Of a DNA stretch of 64,000 bases, positions 24,217 through 37,032 are shown piece after piece. The notes under the pieces are model-generated. The model was not told the origin of the DNA, did not search any database, and saw only the letters and a program-made list of their open reading frames with translations. The position numbers and the translations under genes were made by a program. The DNA comes from Microthyrium microscopicum (Eukaryota). How positions within the stretch are numbered: the first letter of the stretch is position 1; each line of letters opens with the position of its first letter. The stretch covers positions 825,481-889,480 of the forward strand of contig MU004232.1 in the NCBI GenBank assembly GCA_010405405.1. The letters run 5' to 3'.

Positions 24217-25244
24217 TTGGGGTTTTTATTGCAAGAATTTATTCCACGCTTGCAAAAGTTCGAATTTATATATCGCGGAGGTCAACAAGATGATGATCTT
24301 GCTGACGCAAATCATGTCCGAATTGGATTCTGAAGTCACAAGGCGAAGGTTGGACTGTTCGGGCACACCGACACTTCTCATCCAAGAACTTGACTGTCTC
24401 CGCAAACTTTGGACCTTTCGAATGCTTCATACGAAATCAGGTATCGATCTACCGTGGCAGTGTTTGAAAGGTTATCAGATGCCTGCATCATGCATGGGAT
24501 ATATTTAGGCCTTGGCGTTGTAAGCAGCCAGTTAGAAAGTTCATTAATTTTGCTTTCCAATAAAAAGATTGACCGGAGATATATCAAGGCTTTTGTCCGT
24601 CCGTTTCAAGATCCATACCTAATCAGAGACCAGTGGCTTTTGAAATGAAATATTTGGAAAGAAATAGCCCGTTGAGGGATTTGAAAAATGACCTTAACTT
24701 GATAGAAAACAGCTCAAGACAAATGTACGATCAAGCTTTGGCGAAAGAACAGAACATAATGCAACATCTTCATCGCTTGATTAAATAACACTAATGGCTT
24801 AGCGGTGACCGCTGTAGTTGAGTGATCGGTATACTCATTTTAGAGAGGTCACTTGGTTATATACTCTGGTGGCACTAGAAATTTTTACAAGAGGAGGGTT
24901 TCAGTGAATGTCAAGTTCGAAGACCAAGTCGCCGCGTAGTTCAAGCTGGTGTCTTCCTCGTTTCTAAACTCTCTTCTGATGAGGCAACTCAAGAAAAGTG
25001 AACAAGGCTGAAACCCAGCCTTATCGTCCGCACGTGGTATTGCTGCCTTCACTAATCCCTGTCAGCCTTTTAACTTCTCCACCATCGAACTCTCCGTCCA
25101 AGAAACTCAACCCCAAACCTCTCCAATTCATCAACCACCAACAACCTTCAAATCTCTCGCCAAATCTCTCATACCAAACCAAACCCACCATCAAAACAAA
25201 ACACTACCACCGCTCCAAAAACCCACCAAAACCACCTCCTCACA

Positions 25245-25676
25245 ATGGGCTCCCTCGTCCTCCCCCACCTGCACACCGGCTGGCACGTCGACCAAGCCAT
25301 CCTCAGCGAAGAAGACCGCCTAGTCGTAATCCGCTTCGGCCGTCTCGGCGACCCCGCCTGCATGGCGCAAGACGAAATCCTCTACAAGATCGCGAACCGC
25401 GTAAAAAACTTCTGCGTAATCTACCTGTGCGATCTCGACGAAGTCAAAGACTTCAATTCCATGTACGAGCTCTACGACCCGATGACGATTATGTTTTTTT
25501 TCCGCAATAAGCATATGATGTGCGATTTTGGCACGGGCAATAATAATAAGTTGAATTGGGTGTTGGATGATAAGCAGGAGTTGATTGATATTTTGGATAC
25601 GATATATCGGGGCGCGAAGAAGGGGAGGGGGTTGGTGGTTAGTCCGAAGGATTATAGTACGCGGTATCGATATTAA
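25245..25676 (+). CDS. DIB1: U5 snRNP spliceosomal protein Dib1/Dim1 (thioredoxin-like)
   Basis: Closely matches the family consensus: LPHLHTGWHVDQAILSEEDRLVVIRFG...FNSMYELYDP...GTGNNNKLNW...GLVVSPKDYSTRYRY. Confidence 0.97.
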   Translation: MGSLVLPHLHTGWHVDQAILSEEDRLVVIRFGRLGDPACMAQDEILYKIANRVKNFCVIYLCDLDEVKDFNSMYELYDPMTIMFFFRNKHMMCDFGTGNNNKLNWVLDDKQELIDILDTIYRGAKKGRGLVVSPKDYSTRYRY

Positions 25677-25933
25677 GGGGGGTGGTATGGGAGGATGGGT
25701 ATGGGAGGGGAAGAAAGTGTGGGTGTGAAAAGATGTTGTTCTGGAAGATGGGGTGTTGAGATGCATAATGAGCGTGAATTTGGGCTGGGAGGCGTTACTC
25801 GGTTCGTCTCTATAAATCATAGAGTTCGCGATGCTAATATGATCATGTTGTAATATCAAAGTCCTCACCAAATCTTCAAACGACTATGGGATATGTGAAG
25901 GCTGCAATGCCAAAAGGTTCATTCATTTCATTT

Positions 25934-28336
25934 CTAATGTCGTGACCACAGATGTTTCTTCTTCTTTTTATCCGCATCGCTCTCTTTCTTAAGCTTCCCA
26001 GAGCCGCCTCCAAGGTCTAGATTGATACGCCCCTGACTTGGACCGCCGTTTAGATTCATAGCACCCATCTGCTGCGTCGGCAAACCGCCAGCTTGCGGTG
26101 GCCTTGGTCCTCCCCTCCCAGCTGGATTCGATGGCAATCCTCCAGGCATCCCACCCATTTCAGGCGCCTTCATCGAGGCTGGCGGCGGTTTCGGTCTGTC
26201 ATCTTCAAACAAATGCGCTGGTGCCCGTTTGGCTGGTCTATCTTGCGGTAAACCCAGACCTCGTCTATCGACACTAAGATCGCCAAGTTGTCGTAAGAAG
26301 AAGCCAGGGTTTAGCATGTGGCTGGTGATGAGTATGCAGTCGCGACTAGTTTGTTCGGTCGCTTCGTAGCACGCTCTTGCTTCCGAGTATGTAGCGCCCC
26401 CAGCCATAAACACAAGTATCCGTTGTCTTGGCTCCACAGCGCCGAGTTTTGCTTTCGCCCAAGTTGGTTTCGCGGACCGTAGAGAACTAGTCGAGAGAGT
26501 CGTTGAAGAGTCGTTGGGCTGGGGCATCAATTCTGGCTTGATATATGGGAAGACATTGGGATCTAGGGTGCCTCGAATATGTTCTTCGAGCATGTACTTG
26601 AGCATCGGCTCGAATCTGGATATCAGCACATCTTCGCCTTGGTTTGGTGGTGGTGGAGGTTTTTTGAAGAGGGCGGGGAGGGGTGAACGCGTGTCTTTGA
26701 GGCTCTTGGTGACTCTGACACCGAGGAACTCGAGATTACGGAGGATAGCTTCGTCTTGAACGGGAATTTTGGCATGGAGAAGTAGTTTGTGGATGTCGGC
26801 CTGGAGGACGCCGTAGCGGTAGATGATATACATTGCGATGAGTCGAAGGCGATCGCCTTGGGGAATTGCTGGTTCGTCAAGCATGCGGACTACTTGATCG
26901 GAGACGTTCTTTGGTTTGCGGTAGTCTTCGTCTAGTCCAGTCGCTAGAGTCTGGGTGTGTTAGACAACATCGTACAAAAGATAAATAGGCTGCTTACTTG
27001 TTCTAATGCCGACAGGTCTGACAATTTATGTTCTTGAAAGATGTTCATACAATCTTGAGCCATATTCAAATGTAAGGAATATGCTTCTTTCATTTCTTGA
27101 AATTGTGGTAGACCTGCCAACATGTCCTTGATCGCATTCAGATTTGTTGTATCGCTCTCATTTGCAAAATGCGGATTCGCATCGATGAATTTTTGAAAGT
27201 CGTTCATCAACTTTTGTATCGTTTCGGCCATGTGGAGATGTCTGTATTGTACCCAGACTTTATCCTTGTCTGTGATTTCCATTTCTTTCGTTTCCTGATT
27301 TTCTCTTCCCTCGTTGATTGTTACCGAAAAGGTCACCTCATCTGCCTCTTTTATTGGTAATAAGTCGTGAGCCATTGCCTGGTAAGTAAATTCGTGGATA
27401 AAAGGAGCATTGAGATCCATTGATCGATCTGTAATGTATAGAGCGGCTTTTGGTCGATTTGAAGGTTGCGCAAAGTCTGGATTCCATTGTGCAAATTCGT
27501 CGAGCTCTTGCTGAACGGCGAGAGCCAGTTGTTGACATAGAATGGCGGCTTCGTGTGTGGGTTCGCGAGGGTGATAGAAACGGATTGTGGGACTTTCATC
27601 CAACGCGATACATACAGAGGCAATTCGTTGGGAAAGGTCTGCGATGTGCTGTTTTACTAAAGGCGCACATGCTGGATGAAAGAGGATGGGAAAGCTGTAT
27701 GGATCGCGTAGAGTGACTACATGAGACTCTCGAGGATTGAAATCGATGTTCAGAACTTGATAGTTCAGTTTTGCGCTGTTGGAAGCTCGTGGTTCTGTTA
27801 AACGGGCTCGTAGTTTTGGTGGGAGGACTATCACAGTCAGTAGGAATTTTTGTACGAAGATGAGAGATGCTACTTGATGTCCATAATATGTAATATGCAG
27901 CATATCTTCCTTTTTCTATATCTGACAGAACACATTCAACGATATGCGGCTCTGCTGTGAGGATATAAAGGGCATCAGTTTCGACATTTCTGGTTCGTTT
28001 CTGCTCTATCTGATCGATGTCTGCGCTATGATTAGTGCTGCGCATAAGGATTGGCCGTGCACATACTGGTTACGCGATTCTCTAGAATATCGTCTTCGCG
28101 AACAACATTGTCTATCAATCTGCGACTATCTTCGTCAACCACCAACACCTTCCACTAGCAAGAGTTAGAAAGTGCCACGAAATAATATGGATAAAATCTT
28201 ACTCCTCCAGCAGATCGACCAGCTGGAGAGTTTCGTATCGAGTTAAGTATCACTGTATTGGATCAGAACAAGTGATGTATAATAGGGGAAGTGATGTAGT
28301 ACAATCTCGCTGCAAGTCTATCAACGAGAGGACCAT
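25934..28336 (-). CDS. SEC1: Sec1/Munc18 family exocytic SM protein (multi-exon)
   Basis: Spliced N-terminus WKVLVVD; DRSMDLNAPFIHEFTYQAMAHDLL, LRHLHMAETI-like motif, AYSLHLNMA, QRILVFMAGGATYSEAR; C-terminal KKKKHLW tail. Confidence 0.93.
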
Positions 28337-29368
28337 GTTGGGCGGCAACGAGATATGACCCCAAGCAGGACAGTAGACAGTTGTAGGCCAGTATAGAATA
28401 CCATGTAGCAGCAGTGTCAATCTCTCGGAAGAATTGGATTCGCGATTATGAGCTGGGCATAATTTTGGCAATGGTTTGATGTTGTATGAGTTGTTGGGTG
28501 AAGTTCAGTATGAGGTTACCTAGTCGCATTGGCATTGCTTGCCAGAGTCGCATTGGAACCGACCCCACCAACGTAGCTTCCATTTTGGACTAGCTTACTC
28601 TGGGGTTTGGGTGTGAAGAAGGAGCGATCAGTTAAAATGCACGTGCAAGGATTCCAGGTCATGTGGCAGTGCAAATGTGGCGGCCATGAAGATCGCTCTT
28701 GCCGAGGTTCTACCAGCTTGAGTGCATTGTGGTTACTCTCCAAACAAAACATCAACATTTGAACCGCCCCCAGATTGAATCTAACCTCTTTGAAGTGCCA
28801 AGATGGATCAACCTCCATGGCTTATCAATCTAATGGTTTTCGCGACTCTATGCGGCCAATCAATGTTTCCAAACAAGGCGCATTTCACCAATCAAGGAAT
28901 CCCCCTTGCCAAAAGTTCTAACATTTCTTCTCTTCCGCTCTGTTTCTCTGCGAAATGACATCGGTGTGGCGTCAATTTGCCAAGTCACAACTGTAAAGAA
29001 GTTGGATTGGGCCCTGTAACCACCTTAACCCTTGCGCCGTAACTACTTACAGATACTTTGTTGTCTATACTTTTACGCGAATCCAGATCCCAAAAGTCTT
29101 TTGCGGTGATCTTTCGCTTCTTTGGCATCTTTAGTTGCATGTGCGCATGAAGCCTTTTGTTCTCAGACTTCAGAGGCCTTTTTGCTGCACTATCTTTTGA
29201 CTCGGAGCGCGAAGTCTCGCCATGGTTTCTGGCCCTAATTGATACCCAGCATCCCATCGTACCATCTTCTCCTGCCTTCTCACTAATCCCTCAATTTCTT
29301 AATAAACCATCATAATATACCTAATCTGGGCCATCTCAACTACAGCTACTGCGTAGTATCCATACACC

Positions 29369-31693
29369 ATGGACCCGCAAAGGCCATCGCGGCCTCCTCT
29401 TCAGGCTCGCCAAGAAACAACACACAATCCGGTCATCGCTCTAGGGAGAAAAGTCAAGTCGGTCCTCAGTACAAGCCAACGGCCTAGCATTCGGATTCTT
29501 CGCGATAATACTCCTGTTGTGCCTGTGGCAGACAAAATTGCAGAGAAGTTTGGATCGCATCAAGACGCACCTGGAAATGCTCCCGATATCCAGATAACTG
29601 AGCCTGTTGAGCACCATCCTCTTCCGACAGCAGCACATCCGGGTCCGACAGAATCCTACCCCAATGCGCCTATTCATCCCGAAATAGCGTCCGCTCATCC
29701 ACAGGAACCACTTCATCTACAACCCGAGCCTACAAGAGAAGATGCCCCTTCATTGCATAGTACCCGCAGCCGACCAAGTGGTGTTCGCCGCTTATTCAGT
29801 CGCACTGAAAAGGCTCCGAGCGATCATGCATCTCCCGACGATGAATATGATGCGGATATGGTGGATCTATTGGACGTTGTAGGCATGTATAATCCTCCCT
29901 TCTCAAGCAAAATTCAACTAACCCTTATCAGACCCCGAAGTATCAACACTTTCTACTCTCACCAACGTCCAGAATTCTCTTTTCGTGCCTTCACTCGGAA
30001 GATTAGTCAATCGTCAACCTACATACCGACTTAAAGATTCACCAGGAGAACAACGCACAGTTGATAGGCTTAGAGAATCCATGAGAAAATTAGCACATCC
30101 AACAGATCAACAAGATGACCACCTTGATACGATACCAGAGGGTGGGAGACCTGAGTTGGATAGGAGCCATACAATCGCATCAGATTTAACAGAAACACCT
30201 GGTCAATTTGCTATATTGCCTGAAGGAGAAACGCTGGAAGGCTGGACCCATGCAGAGAAAGCTGAGCTTAATGATATTGTCAGGCATATGCTTCACTCTC
30301 GAAGATCAAAGATGAAGCGCACGATGAAAGGTTTTGGACAATATGTTCGACGACGTAAGTACAACTGATGAACTTCTTGATCAACTTACTTACAATATAT
30401 CTAGCATTCGGCCTGTTCATCACTGTCTACGCCACTCTAATCACCCTCTTCGGCGCAGCATGGGTCTTCTTCCTAATTGGCTGGGTATCTCTCGGTTCCA
30501 AAAAAGACTACATCGTAAACGTAGTCGACAACGTCTTAGTCGCCCTTTTCGCCATCATTGGTGATGGTCTCGCTCCCTTCCGCGCAGTCGATACCTACCA
30601 CATGATCTACATCGTCCATTACCACCGCAAAACCTGGAAGAAGCGAGCCAAAATGGGTCTTCCGGAACTAGCCGACCACAATGATCTACCCGATCAACGC
30701 AAGGAAGATGTCGAAGCCCCTCAAATCGACCTAGAATCTCTCGTCGCCCGCCGCATGCCCAACGGCCTCGCGAAACGAATCGCACCCATGATACCACGTC
30801 GAATTGCACGCGGAATGGTAAATCGCAGTGGCGCAAACGATCAACCAGCATTCGAATACACAGTCCTAACTCCCGAACAACAAGCAAAACTCGAATTCCA
30901 CGAACGTAAATTCGCAAAATCCCACACTTTCTACAAACCACACGAAACGCAAACGCACTACGCCTTCCCGCTCAAACTCCTCATGACCGTCGTCATCCTC
31001 CTCGATCTCCATTCCTGTCTCCAAATCTCCTTGGGCGCATGTACATGGGGCATTCCCTACAAAGAGCGTCCCTTCGCCCTCACCACTGTAATTCTCTGCT
31101 GCAGTATAACATGCAACATTCTCGGCGGTGTCTTCATTTCCGTTGGTGATAAGCGAACACGCAAAAAGGACGTCATCGAACGTATGATGCGCCAAGAACT
31201 TACAGCAGAAGCTATTGAGCAGATGGAGAAGAGACGATTAAAGGAATTGGAAGAACGTGGTGAAATCGATCGATCTGTACGCAAACAATACGAGCATGAG
31301 AAGGAAGAGCAGGATAACAAGGAAGTCAAACATGCTTGGAAAACAGTGCCCCTACTACCAAAGAAATTGCTGGGTAAAGGAGAGGATCATCGACAACCTT
31401 CACTACCACAGCGCATGCGAAAATCGGGATCGGTGGCTGGATCTAGTGCGGCGTCTACGACCTCTGGAAGCTCCGGAAACTCGGGCAAAGTGAAATCTAA
31501 GAAGAACACGAATGCGCCGCTGGCTTCTGTCGAGGAGGGTACAACTGCTCCGCAATATGTTTCTGATCGTCCGGGCCCGGCACTTGCACCTCCTCTGGAG
31601 CCAATTGAGACACGCGGTCCTGAACCTGTGCCGGAGAGTCGAAGGGATCGGGTGATGAAGTTTATCCGAAGAGCTGATTTTGACAGAAGCTGA
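29369..31693 (+). CDS. Fungal integral membrane protein, DUF2985-like (introns 29883-29931 [GC-AG] and 30355-30404)
   Basis: DLLDVVD|PEVSTLSTLTNVQNSLFVP, GFGQYVRRP|FGLFITVYATLITLFG, VDNVLVALFAIIGDGLAPFR, KSHTFYKPHETQTHYAFP. Confidence 0.8.
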
Positions 31694-32158
31694 ACGAAGC
31701 GAAGATTCAACGGAGGGAAGATGGAAGGGGCTTCATATGGAAGGTGTATACCATTTTGTTTAATTGAGCGTCGTGCTGTAAATACTAGACTGTAGAGTCA
31801 GTTGTTCTATGCGGCAGCAAGCGCGCTGCGTGAGCAATTGCATTCAGAGCCACGTGGTGGCCAGTTTATGTTTAGTTTAATTAAGTAATGTCAATTGACT
31901 ATTTTCGAGCCAAACTCAACATCGTAAATCCAAAATCTCGAGAGTCTGACATTCGAATTCGTCTCGAATGCTTAAATCCGATATTCCCGGTGCAGATGGA
32001 TGACTTCAATGAAGCGCGACAACTTTTTTCAGCATCGCCCTGATCTTGTCGAAACCGTCCTTTACCACCAACATTAAAAGTCGAGTCCAAAACGATCTAG
32101 CAACTCATCCGTCGCCCATAAATTCCTCCTGATAGACATTCATGCCATTATTCCTGGT

Positions 32159-35102
32159 ATGCGCCAATTGAAGCCATCATGGCATCCTCATCCACATCAC
32201 CCAGCTCGTCACGGCCCGCCTTCTCTTCACACACGAATCCCCTCGCGCGCCTTCATTCACACATCGAAATACACTCTCTCGCGCAATAACATATCCATAA
32301 TCAGTACTCAAGTACGACCAACTACAAACCACCCAACGAATGTGCAACCCCTTCCCATCTCCCCCTTCAGCACCCATCCACGCCACCATCAAACACCCAC
32401 AGATTCAATAGTAAACCGCGTAGCATCAACAAGATGGAACAGATCGAGGCAACACGTGTTGAAGTCAGACGACACGGGGTTCCTTCCTATCGCTCCTATC
32501 CATCCTGGAAGTTTCCGTCCGAAACGTGGTGGCAGCGCTGAACCTCGTGAACCTCATGACGCGAAAACACTGCTGGGCGGCGACAATAAACGTCGTCTGG
32601 AGAGCATTGCGAAGATGGCACTTGTACAACCGACCTTTAATAAGCATATTAAGGTGGCTGATTTTAGTAATCAGAAGAGATTGGCTGTATGTTATCTGTT
32701 TTTTTTTTTGCACTTGTTTTGCCTTTTGCTTATATGCTTTCATGCTCCCCTTCAGCACGCAGTATCTAACTAGTACACAGCTTCGTGTCGGCAATACCAT
32801 TGTTACAAACGTCGAGACATGCTTCAAAAATCTTGAAGTTGAGATTCGTAAATATCGACCCTTTGATAACCTCGACATTTCTTCTGATAAATCATGGGCT
32901 ATATTTCATGGTTATGAAAGGAGGGTTCTGGATCAAGTCAAACTGCGCTTTGGCTATGCTGATGCTCGACCTGGCTCCTCTTCTGGCTCCTCCCCATATT
33001 CTGGCGGCGATGGGGACCACATACTTCAGATCGTCAGAGCGGCAGGCAACCAAACTGATCTACGAAATGCTGTGAAAATTGGACTATATAATACGATCAT
33101 GTCACACTTGTTTACGAAAAAGCAAGTTGATCGACAATCTGCTATCACTGATTGCCGGTATCCGATGGAATGGTTTCCGAGAGCAAGGACGTTGAAGCGA
33201 ACGATCCATTTGCATGTTGGTCCGACGAATTCGGGAAAGACGTATAATGCGCTTAAAAGACTGGAAGCGGCTGAGAGAGGATGCTATGCTGGTCCTTTAC
33301 GATTACTTGCTCAAGAAGTGTATAGCAGACTGAATGCCCAAGGCAAGCCGGCCTTCCTTGTGACAGGTGATGATATGCAAGAGCCTACTGCCGGAGAAAT
33401 GAAGGTCGGAGAGACTTGTGTAAGCTGCACGGTAGAAATGATAGACTATGGGCAGGAGTACGACGTGGCTGTGATTGATGAAGTTCAAATGGCAGCAAAT
33501 TCGCATCGAGGGCATGCTTGGACATCAGCTATTGTTGGAGTTGCTGCGAAAGAAGTACATCTTTGTGGTGAAGACAGAACAGTTCCTGTCATTGAGGAGA
33601 TTGCGAGGTCTTTGGGTGAAGAGCTTGTTATTCATCGGTATAAGAGATTGAGTCCTTTGGCTGTGATGAAGAATCCGTTATCTTCGATTACAGAGGTCCA
33701 AAAAGGAGATTGTGTTGTATGCTTTTCGGTCAAGCGCCTTCATGCGATGAAGCAATACGTTGAGAAGCACACAAAAAAGCGATGTGCTATCATTTACGGC
33801 AGCTTGCCTCCTGAGGTTCGGGCTCAGCAAGCCCGGCTCTTCAACGACCCTGATAACGAGTATGACTATCTGGTTGCTAGCGATGCCGTCGGTATGGGTC
33901 TCAACCTGTAAGTTGTTCTACCCTGATCAAAATAACGTGCTAACTCGCACAGCGCTATCGGTCGTATGATCTTCGATACTGTTAGCAAGCGAACCAGAGA
34001 AGGTCTTCATCCCCTCACAACCCCCGAAATCCGCCAAATTGGCGGCCGAGCCGGTCGATATCGAACATCTGCCCAAGTCGAACCATCCACACTTCCTCCA
34101 ACCGCCGACACCAACTCATCATCCGATAGCCTCTACCCAGCTGCACCACCACCACCCGAGCCGAGCAAAATCGGCCTCGTCACAGCCTTTGAGCCCGCTG
34201 CCCTCCGCAGAATCCGCGAAAGCATGTCTACAGACCCAGAACCAATCAAAAAAATCGGCATCTTCCCCACCAACGACATGATCGAAACCCTCTGCAGCTA
34301 CTTCCCCACCGGTGTCCCCTACTCGTTTATTCTAGCACGTATTCTCGCCGTCAGCCAAGTCAGCGATCGCTTCTTCTTCTGCCAGCTAGGCGAAACCATA
34401 CAAATCGCCGACATCATACAGCACATCACCGACCTATCCATCGCCGACCGAATCAAAATCTGTTTCGCGCCCGTCAACGTGCGCACAGAATCACTTGTAG
34501 AGCTCATCAAGGAGATGGCATGGGCTATATCGAGACAAAGCGGTGGTGGTGTGCTTGAGCTGAAAAGCTTGGATTTCAGTGTCCTTGATATGGAAGTCAA
34601 GGCGGATCGTGGGTATTTGAGTATGTTGGAGGATTTGCACAAGGGGTTGGTGCTGTATAATTGGATGAGTTTTCGATTTCCGGGCGTGTTTACACAGCGG
34701 CCGCTGAGTCAGAAGGCGAAGGGGCTGGTGGAGGAGAATATTGATAAGTGTTTGAGTCAGTGGAGGCATGTGGATGTGGATAAGTCGAGGGTGAGGACGC
34801 CGAATGTGGCGGAGCCGAGTATTGAGGATGTTGTTGCGTTGAGTGAGAAGAGGTTGGGGATGGCGAAGGAGGAGGACGGGAATGAGGTTGTGGTAGCGGT
34901 TGCGGATGATGGCGAACAGGGTGAGGAGCTGATGCCGGAAGATGATGCTGAGGAGTATCCTGAACTCAAAGAGGATCTTGAAGCTGAGGAGCTCGAGGAA
35001 CAACGTGGAGAGAGCACAGAGTTCGGCTCGATCGGCAAGATTGAGGTTTCTCAGGATGGCTTGAAGGCCCCAAACTCTCGAGACAATATTGTTCATCCTT
35101 GA
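32159..35102 (+). CDS. SUV3: Mitochondrial ATP-dependent RNA helicase Suv3 (introns 32687-32780 and ~33908-33952; start codon uncertain)
   Basis: PMEWFPRAR..KRTIHLHVGPTNSGKT, AGPLRLLA, VAVIDEVQM, IYGSLPPEVR..QARLFN, VASDAVGMGLNL, QIGGRAGRY. Confidence 0.95.
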
Positions 35103-36835
35103 AATATTGGAAGGTCTAGGCAAGAGTTTTCATTGCACTTACACTCTTGCACTTACACTGTAACATATTGAATTGTACATCATACATAGAATTTCTAAGC
35201 CCGAGAGAGACGACGCCAATGAACGAAACACATCATCAACGCCCTCATGGTCCCATAAGGCTTTGACAGTTCTAAGCGCCCATCAAGTGTGATTCTACCC
35301 ATCGCACTCGTTGTCTAGTGGTGAACATCACCCATGAAAAGCACATGCTCTATTTCCAGCTGTCTTTTATAACTTTCCATTTGATCATGCAGTCGACAGA
35401 AAGGTGAATGTCCTACATAAGCGTCGCATATGGGAACCAAGTATGTTAATGGGAACACCAGACTTATTGTCCATTCACTAGGAACTTGACGTCGTCCAAT
35501 AAGTCACTTTAACACAAAACCGCGCAGAGTCCTCTGGAGCTTTCTGAATAGACCCGATCCGAACACGGAAAAGAAATATGCCTGGATTTGGGTAGATAGA
35601 GCTCAGTGACTGGGAGTTTTCAACTTCAACAACCATAATACCATTAACACTTTCAGACCGTGTAATCAGATCTAGAGTCTTAATATGACGATCTAACCCT
35701 TGTATCCAAACAATTAACAAAAATGAAGGGCCCACTCCCATCGAGTGCGATATCTACCACCACATCTTTCAAAGAGCGTGCCTTCTGATTCATCGGATTT
35801 GGTATTTCAAGAGCACTTCCATGTACTTAGGGGAAAACAAAGTAGTCAATAACAGAGCTTAGCGTATGGGCACCTAAAAAGCTGATGGGAAGGCGCTACT
35901 TATTTGGAAGGTGGTTGTAATGCGCCTGGGAAGCTATGTGACTGTCTAGGTATACTAATACATCAACTGTCTAAAAGTTGATGACAAGTTATTTACAAGT
36001 ATAGAATATAGACTGGCAACACTGCCACCTCAGTGAAACATGACAATCCTATATGCTAATCATAGAAAAGAATTATAGACAAAAAGAGCAGTGAGCACAG
36101 AACCCACGTATATTCTAAGAATAACACTTTCTACCTACTACTGCTTGAATATGTTATTTAATAGACTTTATCTAAGTCAAGTCTTCGCTCAGTAAAGAAA
36201 GGTAAGCCAAATACATCCACCGCCTCGAAGCATAAAACATGCACAACCAAAAAAAGTAGTTGATCAATAGATCATTTGTGGAGATGCTGGGAATTGAACT
36301 GAAATTACTATTAGGTTTGAATTCGAAGAAGATTGAAGTAGTGCACGGACCCCAGGACCTCTCTGGCATTTGGTTAGTTTACGTTCTTTCAAAGTAGATG
36401 ATGTAGAAATCTTACTCCAGAATCGACATTGTGAAAATGCGAAGGAAGCATCATACCCCTAGCGATGGTATTAGTAACTGCTGGTTCAGTGGGCGGCTGC
36501 AGTAACAAACCTAGACCACATCCCCTTTGCAGCTAGACTAATACACAGAATGGCATACCAAACGTGCATTTTCGTCTAAGAAATTTGCAAGAAAGTTCGA
36601 GCATTAATTCCCCGCATTCGAATATATCTAACCTAAAATATAGCACTTGGGTCGAAGAGCGTCGCATTAACAAGAAATACCTATTCTTCATTCAGAATAC
36701 ATACCTACAAGAATAGGTCCAGATATACCTTTTTTGTTTCGTGAGTTACAGTCTCTGCGATGTCAAAAGCCAAGCTCAACGTTCGCGAATTGGTACCCAA
36801 GGAGGCGAATGTGCGCCACATCTCGGCAACCGATG

Positions 36836-37032
36836 GACAAAATAAATGGCGTGCCCCCATCGACTTCGAGAGCTCCTACACAACACGCGCTTTGGTATCG
36901 AGTACTTCATTCATCATATATAGTGTCCAGGCTTGGATCGTTTATCGAATGCGATGGAAAGTATAACACCGCTTAATTAAAAGCTTTCGTGGGAGCCAGC
37001 AAGGTTGATGGGAGAACGCCAGTTATTTTGTC
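36836..37032. mobile_element. MITE-like element, copy A (197 bp core, imperfect ~40 bp TIRs starting GACAAAATAA)
   Basis: Begins GACAAAATAAATGGC and ends GCCAGTTATTTTGTC. Aligns end to end with the reverse complement of 55726-55920 (hand count about 151/195 identical, one 2-nt gap). No credible ORF. Confidence 0.75.

Noticed and set aside
36734..36976. Short ORFs overlapping MITE copy A
   Set aside because: Apparently not preserved in copy B and without protein motifs; chance ORFs.
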